Of a stretch of 64,000 nucleotides of DNA, positions 42,522-52,472 are shown piece by piece. The notes under the pieces were generated by a model. The model was not told the DNA's origin, did no database searches, and worked only from the letters and a program-made list of their open reading frames with translations. The position numbers and the translations under genes were made by a program. The stretch is from the NCBI GenBank assembly GCA_965221955.1, contig CBDCTA010000022.1, positions 1 through 64,000 of the forward strand, read 5' to 3'. Origin of the DNA: Gammaproteobacteria bacterium (GTDB taxonomy: Bacteria > Pseudomonadota > Gammaproteobacteria > UBA4575). The stretch's first letter is position 1, and every line of letters begins with the position of its first letter.

Positions 42522-44879
42522 TCATAAATGATTTGCTAAGTACATCCATGTGCTTAACACAGAATCTGGATTCAGTGAAAGACTATCTATGTTTTGCTCC
42601 ACTAACCAATTAGCAAAATCTGGATAATCCGAAGGTGCTTGCCCACAAATTCCAATGTATTTATTTACTTGTTTACAAGATTGGATTGCGCGACTGATTA
42701 AAAACTTTACTGCATCGTTTCTTTCATCAAATTTACTCGCAAGAATTTCTGAATCTCGATCCAAACCAAGCGTCATTTGCGTTAAATCATTTGAGCCTAT
42801 CGAAAATCCATCAAAATATTCTAAAAATTGTTCTGCTAATAATGCGTTTGATGGAATTTCACACATCATAATAACCTTGAGATCATTTGCGCCACGCACC
42901 AAACTATTACTGGCTAAAATTTCCGTTACTTGTTTTGCCTCTTCTAAGGTTCGTACAAACGGAATCATGACTTGAACGTTAGTAAAACCCATTTCATCAC
43001 GCACTATACGCACTGCTTGGCATTCCATTTCAAAACACGGCGCAAACATTTCAGATATATAACGTGATGCACCACGAAAACCGATCATTGGATTTTCTTC
43101 TGTTGGCTCAAACAAATTACCGCCAATTAAATTCGCATATTCATTGGATTTAAAATCAGACAAACGCACGATGACAGGTTTTCCTTCAAATGCTGCAGCT
43201 AAAGTTGCAATACCTTCTGTTATTTTGCTTACATAAAAATCGGTTGGGCTATCATAAGCAGCAACTCTTGATGCAATAATGGTTTGCGTCTCATTTGGCA
43301 GAGAATCAAATTCCAACAAAGCACGTGGATGAATCCCTACCATATTGTTAATAATAAACTCTAATCGCGCTAAACCAACGCCTGTGTTAGGGATTTGCGC
43401 AAACGAAAATGCGCGCTCAGGGTTACCAACATTTAACATGATCTTGCATGGAATTTCGGGCATTTTCTCTAAGCGTATTTGATCCACATCAAACTTGAGC
43501 AAACCTGCATACACATTACCCGTGTCACCCTCTGCACAAGAAACGGTAATGTCTTGCTCCGTTTTAATGCTTGACGTAGCATCACTACATCCCACCACTG
43601 CTGGCACACCTAGTTCACGTGCGATGATTGCTGCATGACAAGTACGTCCTCCTCTATTAGTAACTATTGCGGCTGCACGCTTCATCACGGGTTCCCAATC
43701 AGGATCCGTCATATCCGTAACCAACACTTCACCTTCTTGAAGCTGTTCAATTTCCTTTAAAGACTGAATCACACGTGCTTTACCTTTGCCAATACGGGTT
43801 CCAATACTACGACCTGTAGTGAGCACTGTTGATTTTTCGCGTAATGAATATTTTTCAATTACTTTTTTAGATTGACTCTGCACTGTTTCTGGGCGAGCTT
43901 GGACAATATAAAGTTTTCCATCTTCACCATCTTTTGCCCATTCGATATCCATTGGACATTGATAATGGTCTTCGATAGTTACTGCCATTTTGGCAAGTAT
44001 TTCTATTTCTTCATTGCTAATGCTAAATTTTATTTGCTCTGCATCATTAACATTCAGCGTTTCTACACCACTTTGATTTTGCTTAAAAATCATTTTTTCT
44101 AGCTTGCTACCACAGGTGCGACTTATTACAGCTAATTGCCCACGCTGTAATGCCGTTTTAGAAACATAAAACTCGTCTGGATTAACTTGTCCTTGCACAA
44201 TAGTTTCACCTAAACCATAACTAGAAGTAATGAACACTACATCACGAAAACCCGATTCGGTATCTAAGGTAAACATGACTCCGCTTGCCGCAAGATCACT
44301 ACGGATCATTTGCTGAATTCCAGCTGAAAGTGAAACATCCGCATGTTCAAAACCTTTATGCACACGATAAGCAATGGCTCTATCGTTATATAAAGATGCA
44401 AACACTTTTTTAACTGCAATCAATACTTCTTCAATCCCGCAAACATTTAAATAAGTCTCTTGTTGCCCAGCAAAGGAAGCATCAGGTAAATCTTCTGCTG
44501 TAGCTGATGAACGCACTGCGACTGCCACATTCAGATGAACTTGTTGTTCTAACGCTTCGTAAGCTTGTCGAATATGTTGATCGAGTTGCTGAGGTAGTTC
44601 AGCATTCAGCACTGAATCTCGAATTTCTTTCCCGCATTTAGTTAGAGCGCTTATATCATCAACATTAAGTGAATTAAGACGTTGATCGATTTCATCTTTG
44701 AGATTATTTTCAGCAAGGAACAACTGAAACGCTTCTGAAGTCGTTGCAAAACCGCCTGGAACCATTACTCCAACCGAGCTAAGATTCTGTATCATCTCAC
44801 CAAGTGAGGCGTTTTTACCCCCTACTTTTTCTAGATCATTTGAATTAAGTTCAGCTAAATTTATAACGTAAGCATTCAT
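42522..44879 (-). CDS. ppsA: Phosphoenolpyruvate synthase
   Basis: [32 protein letters not shown]. Confidence 0.97.
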   Translation of the reverse strand: MNAYVINLAELNSNDLEKVGGKNASLGEMIQNLSSVGVMVPGGFATTSEAFQLFLAENNLKDEIDQRLNSLNVDDISALTKCGKEIRDSVLNAELPQQLDQHIRQAYEALEQQVHLNVAVAVRSSATAEDLPDASFAGQQETYLNVCGIEEVLIAVKKVFASLYNDRAIAYRVHKGFEHADVSLSAGIQQMIRSDLAASGVMFTLDTESGFRDVVFITSSYGLGETIVQGQVNPDEFYVSKTALQRGQLAVISRTCGSKLEKMIFKQNQSGVETLNVNDAEQIKFSISNEEIEILAKMAVTIEDHYQCPMDIEWAKDGEDGKLYIVQARPETVQSQSKKVIEKYSLREKSTVLTTGRSIGTRIGKGKARVIQSLKEIEQLQEGEVLVTDMTDPDWEPVMKRAAAIVTNRGGRTCHAAIIARELGVPAVVGCSDATSSIKTEQDITVSCAEGDTGNVYAGLLKFDVDQIRLEKMPEIPCKIMLNVGNPERAFSFAQIPNTGVGLARLEFIINNMVGIHPRALLEFDSLPNETQTIIASRVAAYDSPTDFYVSKITEGIATLAAAFEGKPVIVRLSDFKSNEYANLIGGNLFEPTEENPMIGFRGASRYISEMFAPCFEMECQAVRIVRDEMGFTNVQVMIPFVRTLEEAKQVTEILASNSLVRGANDLKVIMMCEIPSNALLAEQFLEYFDGFSIGSNDLTQMTLGLDRDSEILASKFDERNDAVKFLISRAIQSCKQVNKYIGICGQAPSDYPDFANWLVEQNIDSLSLNPDSVLSTWMYLANHL

Positions 44880-44898
44880 AGATAGTAATTTTTATATT

Positions 44899-45732
44899 GT
44901 GAAAACCAAAAATATTCAAAATGTGTTTTTTATTTCAGATAGCACAGGGATTACCATTGAATCACTAGGGCATTCTTTATTCACACAGTTTCCTAAGTTT
45001 ACATTTGAAAAAGAAGTTTTCCCATTTGTCACCGATAAAGAAGATGCTGAAAAAGTGATCTCACGCATAAAAAAAGTAGCATCGAATTCTCAAAGCAAAC
45101 CTATCGTATTTACTAGTTTAGCTGACGAAAAACTGAAAAGTTTATTCATATCTAATGGCATAACCGTATTCGATATTTTTTCAACATTTATCCCCGACAT
45201 CGAGTCACACTTAGGCACCCATGCATCTCATGCTATAGGCGAAACACATGGCGTGGGTAGTACATCCGGTTATCTACAACGTATTGATGCACTAAATTTT
45301 GCATTAAGCCACGACGATGGTATGAAGATTAATGATATCGAACATGCTGATATTATTTTAACGGGTGTATCTCGCAGTGGGAAAACCCCTACTTGCCTAT
45401 ACCTCGCTATGCACTACAACTTAAAAGCAGCCAACTACCCTCTTACCGACTCAGATTTTGATAATCCTTTTTTACCTGAAATATTAAGCAAGGTACAGGA
45501 ACGAGTATTTGGTTTAACCATATCCCCACAACAATTAAATAAAATTAGAGAAGAGCGAAAACCTGATAGTCAATATGCATCCTACGAACAGTGTGTTTTT
45601 GAAATAGAAAAAGCAGAAACGATGTTTAATAATTCAGGATTAGATTTTATTAACACCTCAGCTGTTTCTATTGAGGAAATTGCAACTACAATAATCCAAC
45701 ATATGGACTTAAAACCACAAGGAAAATGGTGA
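44899..45732 (+). CDS. ppsR: PEP synthase regulatory protein
   Basis: ISDSTGIT, HDDG, GVSRSGKTPT, AANYPL; divergent from ppsA. Confidence 0.95.
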   Translation: MKTKNIQNVFFISDSTGITIESLGHSLFTQFPKFTFEKEVFPFVTDKEDAEKVISRIKKVASNSQSKPIVFTSLADEKLKSLFISNGITVFDIFSTFIPDIESHLGTHASHAIGETHGVGSTSGYLQRIDALNFALSHDDGMKINDIEHADIILTGVSRSGKTPTCLYLAMHYNLKAANYPLTDSDFDNPFLPEILSKVQERVFGLTISPQQLNKIREERKPDSQYASYEQCVFEIEKAETMFNNSGLDFINTSAVSIEEIATTIIQHMDLKPQGKW

Positions 45733-45912
45733 GCATAGGGACATGCGAATATGAGTTACAACAGGGATGTTGTATCAGGTTAGAGTTAGGGAATTTTAAA
45801 AACGTCCGCCGCTTTCTGTGAATAGCAGTCTTTATTGAATATTCTTAAATTTGAAATCCCCAACTTGAACTTAGTCAAACCACCAAACTTTAATCTGTTA
45901 CTTCATCCATGC
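45729..45912. repeat. Forward 61-bp element (45729-45789), degenerate site (~45804-45833) and partial reverse element (~45886-45912)
   Basis: GTGAGCATAGGGACATGCGAATATGAG...; CCGCTT-TCTGTGAA-TAGCAGTC; AACTTTAATCTGTTA. Confidence 0.75.
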
Positions 45913-46211
45913 TGCACTTCATATTCAGGCATCTCAACGATTTGGCCTTTCCTATGCAAAAAAATTGCACATGCGACGCGAAGAAAAGAAGTAAAGTTTT
46001 GCACATCTTTATGTGTATCTAAGATTTCATCATAAAGTACGTTAATAAATTGCGGCACAGTTTGATTTTCTTCTTCAGCCATTTGATCAAGTATTTCCCA
46101 AAACTCATTTTCTAGCCGAATACTTGTAACGCAACCTTGAATGCGAATAGACCTGCATTCACTGTCGTAACGATCTGGTTGTGTTCCTGTATAAATATTA
46201 CACATAGGCAA
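45903..46211 (-). CDS. Ribbon-helix-helix domain regulator
   Basis: RSIRIQGCVTSIRLENEFWEIL..NFTSFLRV. Confidence 0.85.
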   Translation of the reverse strand: MPMCNIYTGTQPDRYDSECRSIRIQGCVTSIRLENEFWEILDQMAEEENQTVPQFINVLYDEILDTHKDVQNFTSFLRVACAIFLHRKGQIVEMPEYEVQHG

Positions 46212-46300
46212 AGAACCTTATAAAAATAATGGTTTAATTGTGGTTCTATGAACTCTTTACTGTCTTACTTATTTATAGTGCAACTGTTCTATATGCACAA

Positions 46301-46318
46301 GTAGTATTCCCTTACTAC
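46301..46318. promoter_or_regulatory. Inverted repeat, candidate operator
   Basis: GTAGTA-TTCCCT-TACTAC between the divergent RHH and VOC genes. Confidence 0.5.
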
Positions 46319-46368
46319 CTGAAGATTTATTAGGTTTTTATACTTATTCACTAAGCAAAAGGAAAGAC

Positions 46369-46764
46369 ATGGCAAAAGTAATTCATTCAATGATACGTGT
46401 ACTCGATGTAGATCGTTCTAAAGCATTCTATGAAAAAGCGTTTGGCCTAAAAGAAAAGCGCTATCTAGATTTCGATGATTTTGCCTTAGTGTATTTGGGC
46501 AATGATGAGAATGATTTTGAAATCGAACTAACTCTAAACAAAGGCCAAAAAGATGCTTATACACATGGCAATGGCTATGGGCACATTGCGGTATGTGTTG
46601 ATGATTTAGATTCGGAACACGCGCGAATTAAATCACTTGGATATGAACCGCAAGATGTTGTGGAATTCAGTCCAGGTGGTGAGTTATTAGCAAAGTTTTT
46701 CTTTATTAAAGATCCAGATGGATATGAGATCGAAGTATTACAACGGCACGGAGCCTATACGTAA
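46369..46764 (+). CDS. VOC / lactoylglutathione lyase family protein
   Basis: HSMIRV, ELTLN, GYGHIAV, DPDGYEIEV. Confidence 0.9.
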   Translation: MAKVIHSMIRVLDVDRSKAFYEKAFGLKEKRYLDFDDFALVYLGNDENDFEIELTLNKGQKDAYTHGNGYGHIAVCVDDLDSEHARIKSLGYEPQDVVEFSPGGELLAKFFFIKDPDGYEIEVLQRHGAYT

Positions 46765-46831
46765 ATAATTAAAACTATCCGCCTCTTAAAAAAATAAAAA
46801 ATCACTAGAGGCTTACCGGAGGAGGTAACCC

Positions 46832-47401
46832 ATGTTAGACCTTGATCTAACCCGTCGCGATTTCTTAAAAACCAGCGGCACAGTGCTAATGGGAACATTA
46901 GCTACTAGCACAGGCATTCTTGGTATGTTGGCACCTAGCCAAACTTGGGCATTGGAATTGACTAAGCTTGATAAAGCAACGGGTCAAACATTGTTACAAG
47001 CCACTCGCCACATATTTCCACACGCAACATTGGATGATGCAGTGTATGCACTGGTTGTGAAAGACCTTGATGCTGCAGCGGCAGGGGATGATGCGGTTGC
47101 AAAACTTCTAACTGATGGCGCTGCTGAACTCAATGCAGGCGCAGGTGGCGATTGGCTCGCTGCAGACAGTGATAAACAATTTTCGGCAATTGAAAAAATG
47201 GCAGGAAATGATTTCTTTGAAAAAATTCGTGGAACAGCTGTGGTTTCTCTTTATAACAATGATATGGCCTGGGCACATTTTGGTTACGAAGGCGAAGCAT
47301 GGTCAGAAGGCGGTTACCTTACACGTGGCTTTAATGATTTAAATTGGCTACCCGATCCACCTGCAGATGCGAGCCCTGCAGCATTCGCAACAGAATCCTA
47401 A
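46832..47401 (+). CDS. Tat-exported GMC oxidoreductase accessory subunit (gluconate 2-dehydrogenase subunit 3-like)
   Basis: TRRDFLK Tat motif; FGYEG..GGY..RGFNDLNWLP. Confidence 0.8.
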   Translation: MLDLDLTRRDFLKTSGTVLMGTLATSTGILGMLAPSQTWALELTKLDKATGQTLLQATRHIFPHATLDDAVYALVVKDLDAAAAGDDAVAKLLTDGAAELNAGAGGDWLAADSDKQFSAIEKMAGNDFFEKIRGTAVVSLYNNDMAWAHFGYEGEAWSEGGYLTRGFNDLNWLPDPPADASPAAFATES

Positions 47402-47411
47402 GGAGAACACC

Positions 47412-48980
47412 ATGGCAAAATATAAGTTAAATGATGATGGTGTGGTTGTAGTCATTGGTTCAGGCGCTGGGGGCGGCACACTTGCAAATGAACTCTGTCA
47501 AAAAGGAATCGAAGTGGTTCTACTTGAAGCGGGTGGACACGAATCGAACGATAGTTTCGTAAACGATGAGTGGTCTTCGTTTGGACAAATCTCATGGTTA
47601 GATTCACGTAGCTCATCAGGTACTTGGCGAGTAGGCAAAGACTTTAATGGACTACCTGCTTGGATTTGTAAAACCGTTGGAGGTTCGACTACGCACTGGG
47701 CTGGAGCAAGTTTACGTTTTCAAGAACATGAGTTCCGCATTAAATCCGAATATGGAGACATTGATGGGGCCAACATGTTGGATTGGCCAATTACGTTAAA
47801 AGATCTAGAACCGTATTACGATAAAGCCGAAGATAAAATGGGCGTCACTCGTACTAACGGCATTCCTGGCTTACCTGGCAACAATAATTTTAAGGTGATG
47901 TATGCCGGTGCGAAAAAGTTGGGTTACAAACATTGTCATACCGGGCGCATGGCGATTAACAGTAAACCACGTGATGGACGTGCTTCTTGTTTACAACTTG
48001 GCTTCTGTTTCCAAGGTTGTAAAACGGGTGCGAAATGGTCAACTTTAGTATCTGAAATTCCAAAAGCCGAAGCTACTGGCAAACTAGATCTACGCCCTAA
48101 GTCTCATGTTCTTAAAATTGAACAAGACAAATCTGGAAAAGTCACCGGTGTGGTATATGCCGATGCAGATGGCAATCATCATATGCAAAAAGCACGTGCT
48201 GTTTGTGTTGCCGGCAATTCAATTGAAACACCGCGTCTACTTTTAAATTCAGAAAATAGTCACAGTCCTGATGGACTCGCAAACTCTTCTGGACAGGTAG
48301 GTAAAAACTATATGCGTCATATGACAGGATCTGTTTATGCCGCATTCGAAAAACCTGTGCATATGTGGCGCGGTACTACGATGGCAGGAATTATTACCGA
48401 TGAATCTATTAATGATCCGAAACGTGGTTTCGTCGGTGGTTATGAGATGGAAACGCTTGCGTTAGGTTTACCGTTCATGGCGGCATTTTTAGACCCAGGT
48501 GCTTGGGGGGCAGACTTCACGCGTAAGATGGATACTTATAGTCATATGGCAGGTATGTGGTTAGTAGGTGAAGACATGCCACAAGAGTCTAACGCAGTGA
48601 CTTTACATGCAGAAAACAAAGATCAATATGGCATGCCTACTCCTAATGTGCACTTTGATGATCATCCAAATGACATTGCAATGCGTGAGCATGCCTACAA
48701 GCAAGGCTCAGCGGTTTATGAGGCGGCTGGTGCAAAAGAAAATTATTTAGTACCGCCGTATCCTTCTACACATAACCTAGGTACTTGTCGTATGAGTGCA
48801 GAAGCAAAAGATGGTGTGTGCAATGCACACGGTCAAACGCACGACATCTCTAATTTATTTATTTCAGATGGCAGCCAATTCACCACCGGTGCAGCAGAAA
48901 ATCCAACATTAACAATTGTAACGTTGGCGATTCGACAAGCGGATTACATCGCAAAACAAATGAGCGAAAAAGCGATTTAA
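47412..48980 (+). CDS. GMC family oxidoreductase
   Basis: IGSGAGGG, Cys cluster CLQLGFCFQGC, HNLGTCRM, NPTLTI; ATG 47412 after AGGAG. Confidence 0.92.
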   Translation: MAKYKLNDDGVVVVIGSGAGGGTLANELCQKGIEVVLLEAGGHESNDSFVNDEWSSFGQISWLDSRSSSGTWRVGKDFNGLPAWICKTVGGSTTHWAGASLRFQEHEFRIKSEYGDIDGANMLDWPITLKDLEPYYDKAEDKMGVTRTNGIPGLPGNNNFKVMYAGAKKLGYKHCHTGRMAINSKPRDGRASCLQLGFCFQGCKTGAKWSTLVSEIPKAEATGKLDLRPKSHVLKIEQDKSGKVTGVVYADADGNHHMQKARAVCVAGNSIETPRLLLNSENSHSPDGLANSSGQVGKNYMRHMTGSVYAAFEKPVHMWRGTTMAGIITDESINDPKRGFVGGYEMETLALGLPFMAAFLDPGAWGADFTRKMDTYSHMAGMWLVGEDMPQESNAVTLHAENKDQYGMPTPNVHFDDHPNDIAMREHAYKQGSAVYEAAGAKENYLVPPYPSTHNLGTCRMSAEAKDGVCNAHGQTHDISNLFISDGSQFTTGAAENPTLTIVTLAIRQADYIAKQMSEKAI

Positions 48981-49000
48981 TACTTTTGCATATCCAAACT

Positions 49001-49029
49001 AAAAAGCCTCCTTAACCGGAGGCTTTTTT
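49001..49029 (+). terminator. Rho-independent terminator
   Basis: AAAAAGCCTCC-loop-GGAGGCTTTTTT. Confidence 0.85.
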
Positions 49030-49564
49030 ATATCTGCTTTAATAAATATTGCTGATATTAACTATAAATAAAATATAGCAACGAAAGTACCGAGCAATTT
49101 TCACATTAAAAAGTGGGTTATAAAATGCACCGTCAAAAACTTTACTTAACAAATAAATAATGCTGCTATTACAGGAAAAACTACCTACTTAAACAAGAAG
49201 ATGAAGTAACTTATGCAAGCATTTATTTATCACACTTATCATTAAAAAATGTTTTTTGCCTCATAAATAAAATCGTAGTCGTTTATGAAGAACATTTAAA
49301 ACTATTATCAAAGGGCATCTACTTATCATGCATAATAAATCTGTGTTATCAGTCTATGCCTTTCTTAAATTAAATTTATTCAAGAAACTGCATAACTGAT
49401 AAGTTTTTTAAACTCAAGATATAAATATATTAGCGGTTTAAACACACTAAAAAACTCGATAGATTAGAAGTGCAGATTAAGCTGCATCATTGATTACAAA
49501 AAATAACAATAAAAACTTGTTAAGCATGATCGCTTAATCGCCATAAAATTAAGATAAGGGGTTA

Positions 49565-50107
49565 ATGATGAAAACTAATTACTATCTTTCTCCTACTTTA
49601 AATAGTACTCAAGAGATCTCTGATGATTTGCATGCAGTTGGTGTGAATGATTGGTTCATACACGTAATCAGCAAAGATGAAGCAGGACTTCACAAAGAGC
49701 ATGTACATTCAAGCAACTATCTCGAAACCTTAGACTTAGTTCGTAATGGTGGTATTGGTGGTTTAATTGGTTTCATTGTTGGTGTATTTGCAGCGGGTGC
49801 ATTGATGTTTTTCAAACCTTTTGGGCCCAACATGCCTGAATATGTATACCTCATCGTAATCGCCGTTTTCACACTGTTTGGGACTTGGGAAGGCGGCTTA
49901 ACAGGTGTTGCTTGCGAAAATAAAAAGCTGGCTAAATTTCACGATGATTTAGAAGATGGGAAATATTTAATCTTAATCTATACGTGGAAGAGTCAAGAGG
50001 AAGCAGTCAAAAAAGTAATGAAAGAAAAACATCCTGAAGCTCAATTAGTCGCAACAGATATTCAATACTTTAATCCTTTCTGTCCATTAAAAAGGTTAGA
50101 AAACTAG
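49565..50107 (+). CDS. Hypothetical membrane protein
   Basis: Glycine-rich TM hairpin; first gene of the oxidase cluster. Confidence 0.7.
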   Translation: MMKTNYYLSPTLNSTQEISDDLHAVGVNDWFIHVISKDEAGLHKEHVHSSNYLETLDLVRNGGIGGLIGFIVGVFAAGALMFFKPFGPNMPEYVYLIVIAVFTLFGTWEGGLTGVACENKKLAKFHDDLEDGKYLILIYTWKSQEEAVKKVMKEKHPEAQLVATDIQYFNPFCPLKRLEN

Positions 50108-50147
50108 ATCAACACTCATTAACTCACACTAATAAAAAGAAAAACCA

Positions 50148-51047
50148 GTGAGCGCAACCTTAACAGCAACAAGAAATGTACTAAGTGACTTTATCGAGAT
50201 CTGCAAACCCCGGATTGCATTACTAGTTCTCGTCACTACATTTGCAGGCATGTGGCTTGCAAGTGGTGCTAATTTAGCAATCGACTTAGTCATTTTAACT
50301 TTACTAGGTACAGGCCTAGCCTCTGCAGCAAGTGGTGCATTTAATAATTATATAGATCGCGAAGTAGATAAGCTCATGGCGCGCACACGTACACGCGCCC
50401 TACCTTGTTCGCGCTTACATCCTCAACAAGCTTTGTGGCTCGGCGTGATGCTGAGCTTATGGTCGTTTGCAATCCTTTTTTATTTAGTCAACCCATTAAC
50501 AGCACTTTTAGTTCAAACAACCACATTTTTCTATGTCGTGATTTACACCATGTGGTTAAAACGCAGCTCACCACTTTGCACTGAGATAGGAGGAGTTGCG
50601 GGAGCCATGCCTCCTGTTATTGGCTGGGCTGCAGTAACCAATGAGATTGCTTGGCCTGCTCTAGTAATGTTTTTAATTATGTTTATCTGGCAGCCTCCAC
50701 ATTTTTGGGCTTTAGCATTATTACGAAAAGATGAATATCGAAAAGCAAAGCTACCCATGCTGCCTGTAGTTGCAGGAGATCGCGCAACTAAAGTTCGCAT
50801 GTTGTTTTATACCGTTGCGCTTATTCCTGCGAGTTTAGCGATGTACTACTTAGAACTTGTAGGCTTAGTGTATTTAATCTTAGCTCTTGCATTAGGGATT
50901 GCATACTTATTACTGACAATAGATTTTGCGCGCAAACCTATTACACATCAAAGCACAAGAAAGTTATTTGGGTTTTCAATTTTGTATTTACTAGGTTTAT
51001 TTACACTAATTTTTATTGACTGCCGATGCGACAGTATTGCCGCATGA
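50148..51047 (+). CDS. cyoE: Protoheme IX farnesyltransferase, copy 1
   Basis: KPRI, NNYIDREVDKLMARTRTR, WQPPHFWAL. Confidence 0.93.
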   Translation: MSATLTATRNVLSDFIEICKPRIALLVLVTTFAGMWLASGANLAIDLVILTLLGTGLASAASGAFNNYIDREVDKLMARTRTRALPCSRLHPQQALWLGVMLSLWSFAILFYLVNPLTALLVQTTTFFYVVIYTMWLKRSSPLCTEIGGVAGAMPPVIGWAAVTNEIAWPALVMFLIMFIWQPPHFWALALLRKDEYRKAKLPMLPVVAGDRATKVRMLFYTVALIPASLAMYYLELVGLVYLILALALGIAYLLLTIDFARKPITHQSTRKLFGFSILYLLGLFTLIFIDCRCDSIAA

Positions 51048-51076
51048 ACACACCTTATATTTAGGGAGCATAGAGC

Positions 51077-52429
51077 ATGGTAATTGCCATAGTTATTATT
51101 CTTTTAGTGATTGGTTCCGTTATTTTCCATTTTGCCAGCCCGTGGTATTTCACCGATCTAGCCTCAAATTGGGGCAGCATGGATACTACAGTAACCATCA
51201 CTTTTATTGTATGTGGTGTGGTTTTTGTTTTGGCTAATTTATTTATGGCCTATTGCATCATTAAGTTCCGTAATAAAAGCAAAGATCAACGTGCTGCCTA
51301 TGAGCCTGAAAATAAAAAACTTGAAGTGTGGTTAACGGCAATCACTTCAATTGGGGTTGTCGCCATGCTTGCACCTGGCTTAGTCGTTTGGGCCAAGTTC
51401 GTTTCGCCACCCGTAGATGCCAATATTGTTGAAGCCGTCGGTCAACAGTGGCAATGGAGCTTTCGTTTACCAGGTGAAGACAATCGCTTAGGCACTGTCG
51501 ATACAACAAAAATAACTATTGACAATCCATTTGGCATTAATGAGGAAGACCCTTATGGACAAGATGATGTACTGATTCCGGGTAACGAATTACATCTTCC
51601 TATTGGTCAAGCGGTTAAATTTAATCTTCGCTCGAAAGATGTATTACACAATTTCACAGTACCCCAATTCCGCACAAAAATGGATCTTGTGCCAGGAATG
51701 ATAACTTGGCAATGGCTTACACCAACTAAATTAGGCAGCTATGAAATCCTTTGTGAAGAGCTATGCGGAATTGCTCATCATAGTATGCGTGGCAAAGTCG
51801 TTGTTGAGGAAGAAGAAGATTATCAAAAATGGTTGGCGGCACAAAAAACCTATGCTGAATTTAAAGCCGAAAAGAAAGGTGACCCTCATGCTGGGAAAGC
51901 CCTTTATCAAGTATGCGCTTCTTGTCATGGACTTGAAGGCGAAGGGAATCCCGCACTGAATTCACCCAAAATTAGCGGACAAGAAAGTTGGTACGTTGAA
52001 CGTCAACTCGGCTATTTTAAACATGGCATTCGAGGTTCAAATCCTGAAGATACATTTGGTGCACAAATGGCACCCATGGCGGCAACCTTGGTAGATGAAG
52101 CTGCAATAAAAAATATTGCTGCTTATATTGAATCACTACCTGATACGCCCGCACCACACACTATTAAAGGTGATATCGAAAACGGCAAAGATCTTTATAT
52201 AACCTGTGGCAAGTGTCACGGTAAACAAGCTCAAGGTAGATGGGCTGTAAATGCTCCTCGTATGGCAGGCATGAGTGATTGGTATTTACTCACTCAATTA
52301 AAGAACTTTAGACATGGTTTACGTGGCGCACATCCTGGAGATATAACCGGAAGACAAATGGAAACTATGGTACTCAGTTTAAATGAAGAAAAAATGAAAG
52401 ACATCATTGCTTACATTAATTCTTTATAA
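51077..52429 (+). CDS. Cytochrome c oxidase subunit II fused to a di-heme cytochrome c
   Basis: CuA ligands HNF...CEELCGIAHHSM; heme motifs CASCH and CGKCH. Confidence 0.92.
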   Translation: MVIAIVIILLVIGSVIFHFASPWYFTDLASNWGSMDTTVTITFIVCGVVFVLANLFMAYCIIKFRNKSKDQRAAYEPENKKLEVWLTAITSIGVVAMLAPGLVVWAKFVSPPVDANIVEAVGQQWQWSFRLPGEDNRLGTVDTTKITIDNPFGINEEDPYGQDDVLIPGNELHLPIGQAVKFNLRSKDVLHNFTVPQFRTKMDLVPGMITWQWLTPTKLGSYEILCEELCGIAHHSMRGKVVVEEEEDYQKWLAAQKTYAEFKAEKKGDPHAGKALYQVCASCHGLEGEGNPALNSPKISGQESWYVERQLGYFKHGIRGSNPEDTFGAQMAPMAATLVDEAAIKNIAAYIESLPDTPAPHTIKGDIENGKDLYITCGKCHGKQAQGRWAVNAPRMAGMSDWYLLTQLKNFRHGLRGAHPGDITGRQMETMVLSLNEEKMKDIIAYINSL

Positions 52430-52472
52430 ATTTTTTATTTAACAGTAATCGTTCAAGAAATGAGGTAAACAT

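Noticed and set aside
45835-46035. 66-aa plus-strand ORF as cargo of the empty site
   Set aside because: It overlaps the RHH gene in antisense, has a TTG start with no RBS and shows no recognisable motif.
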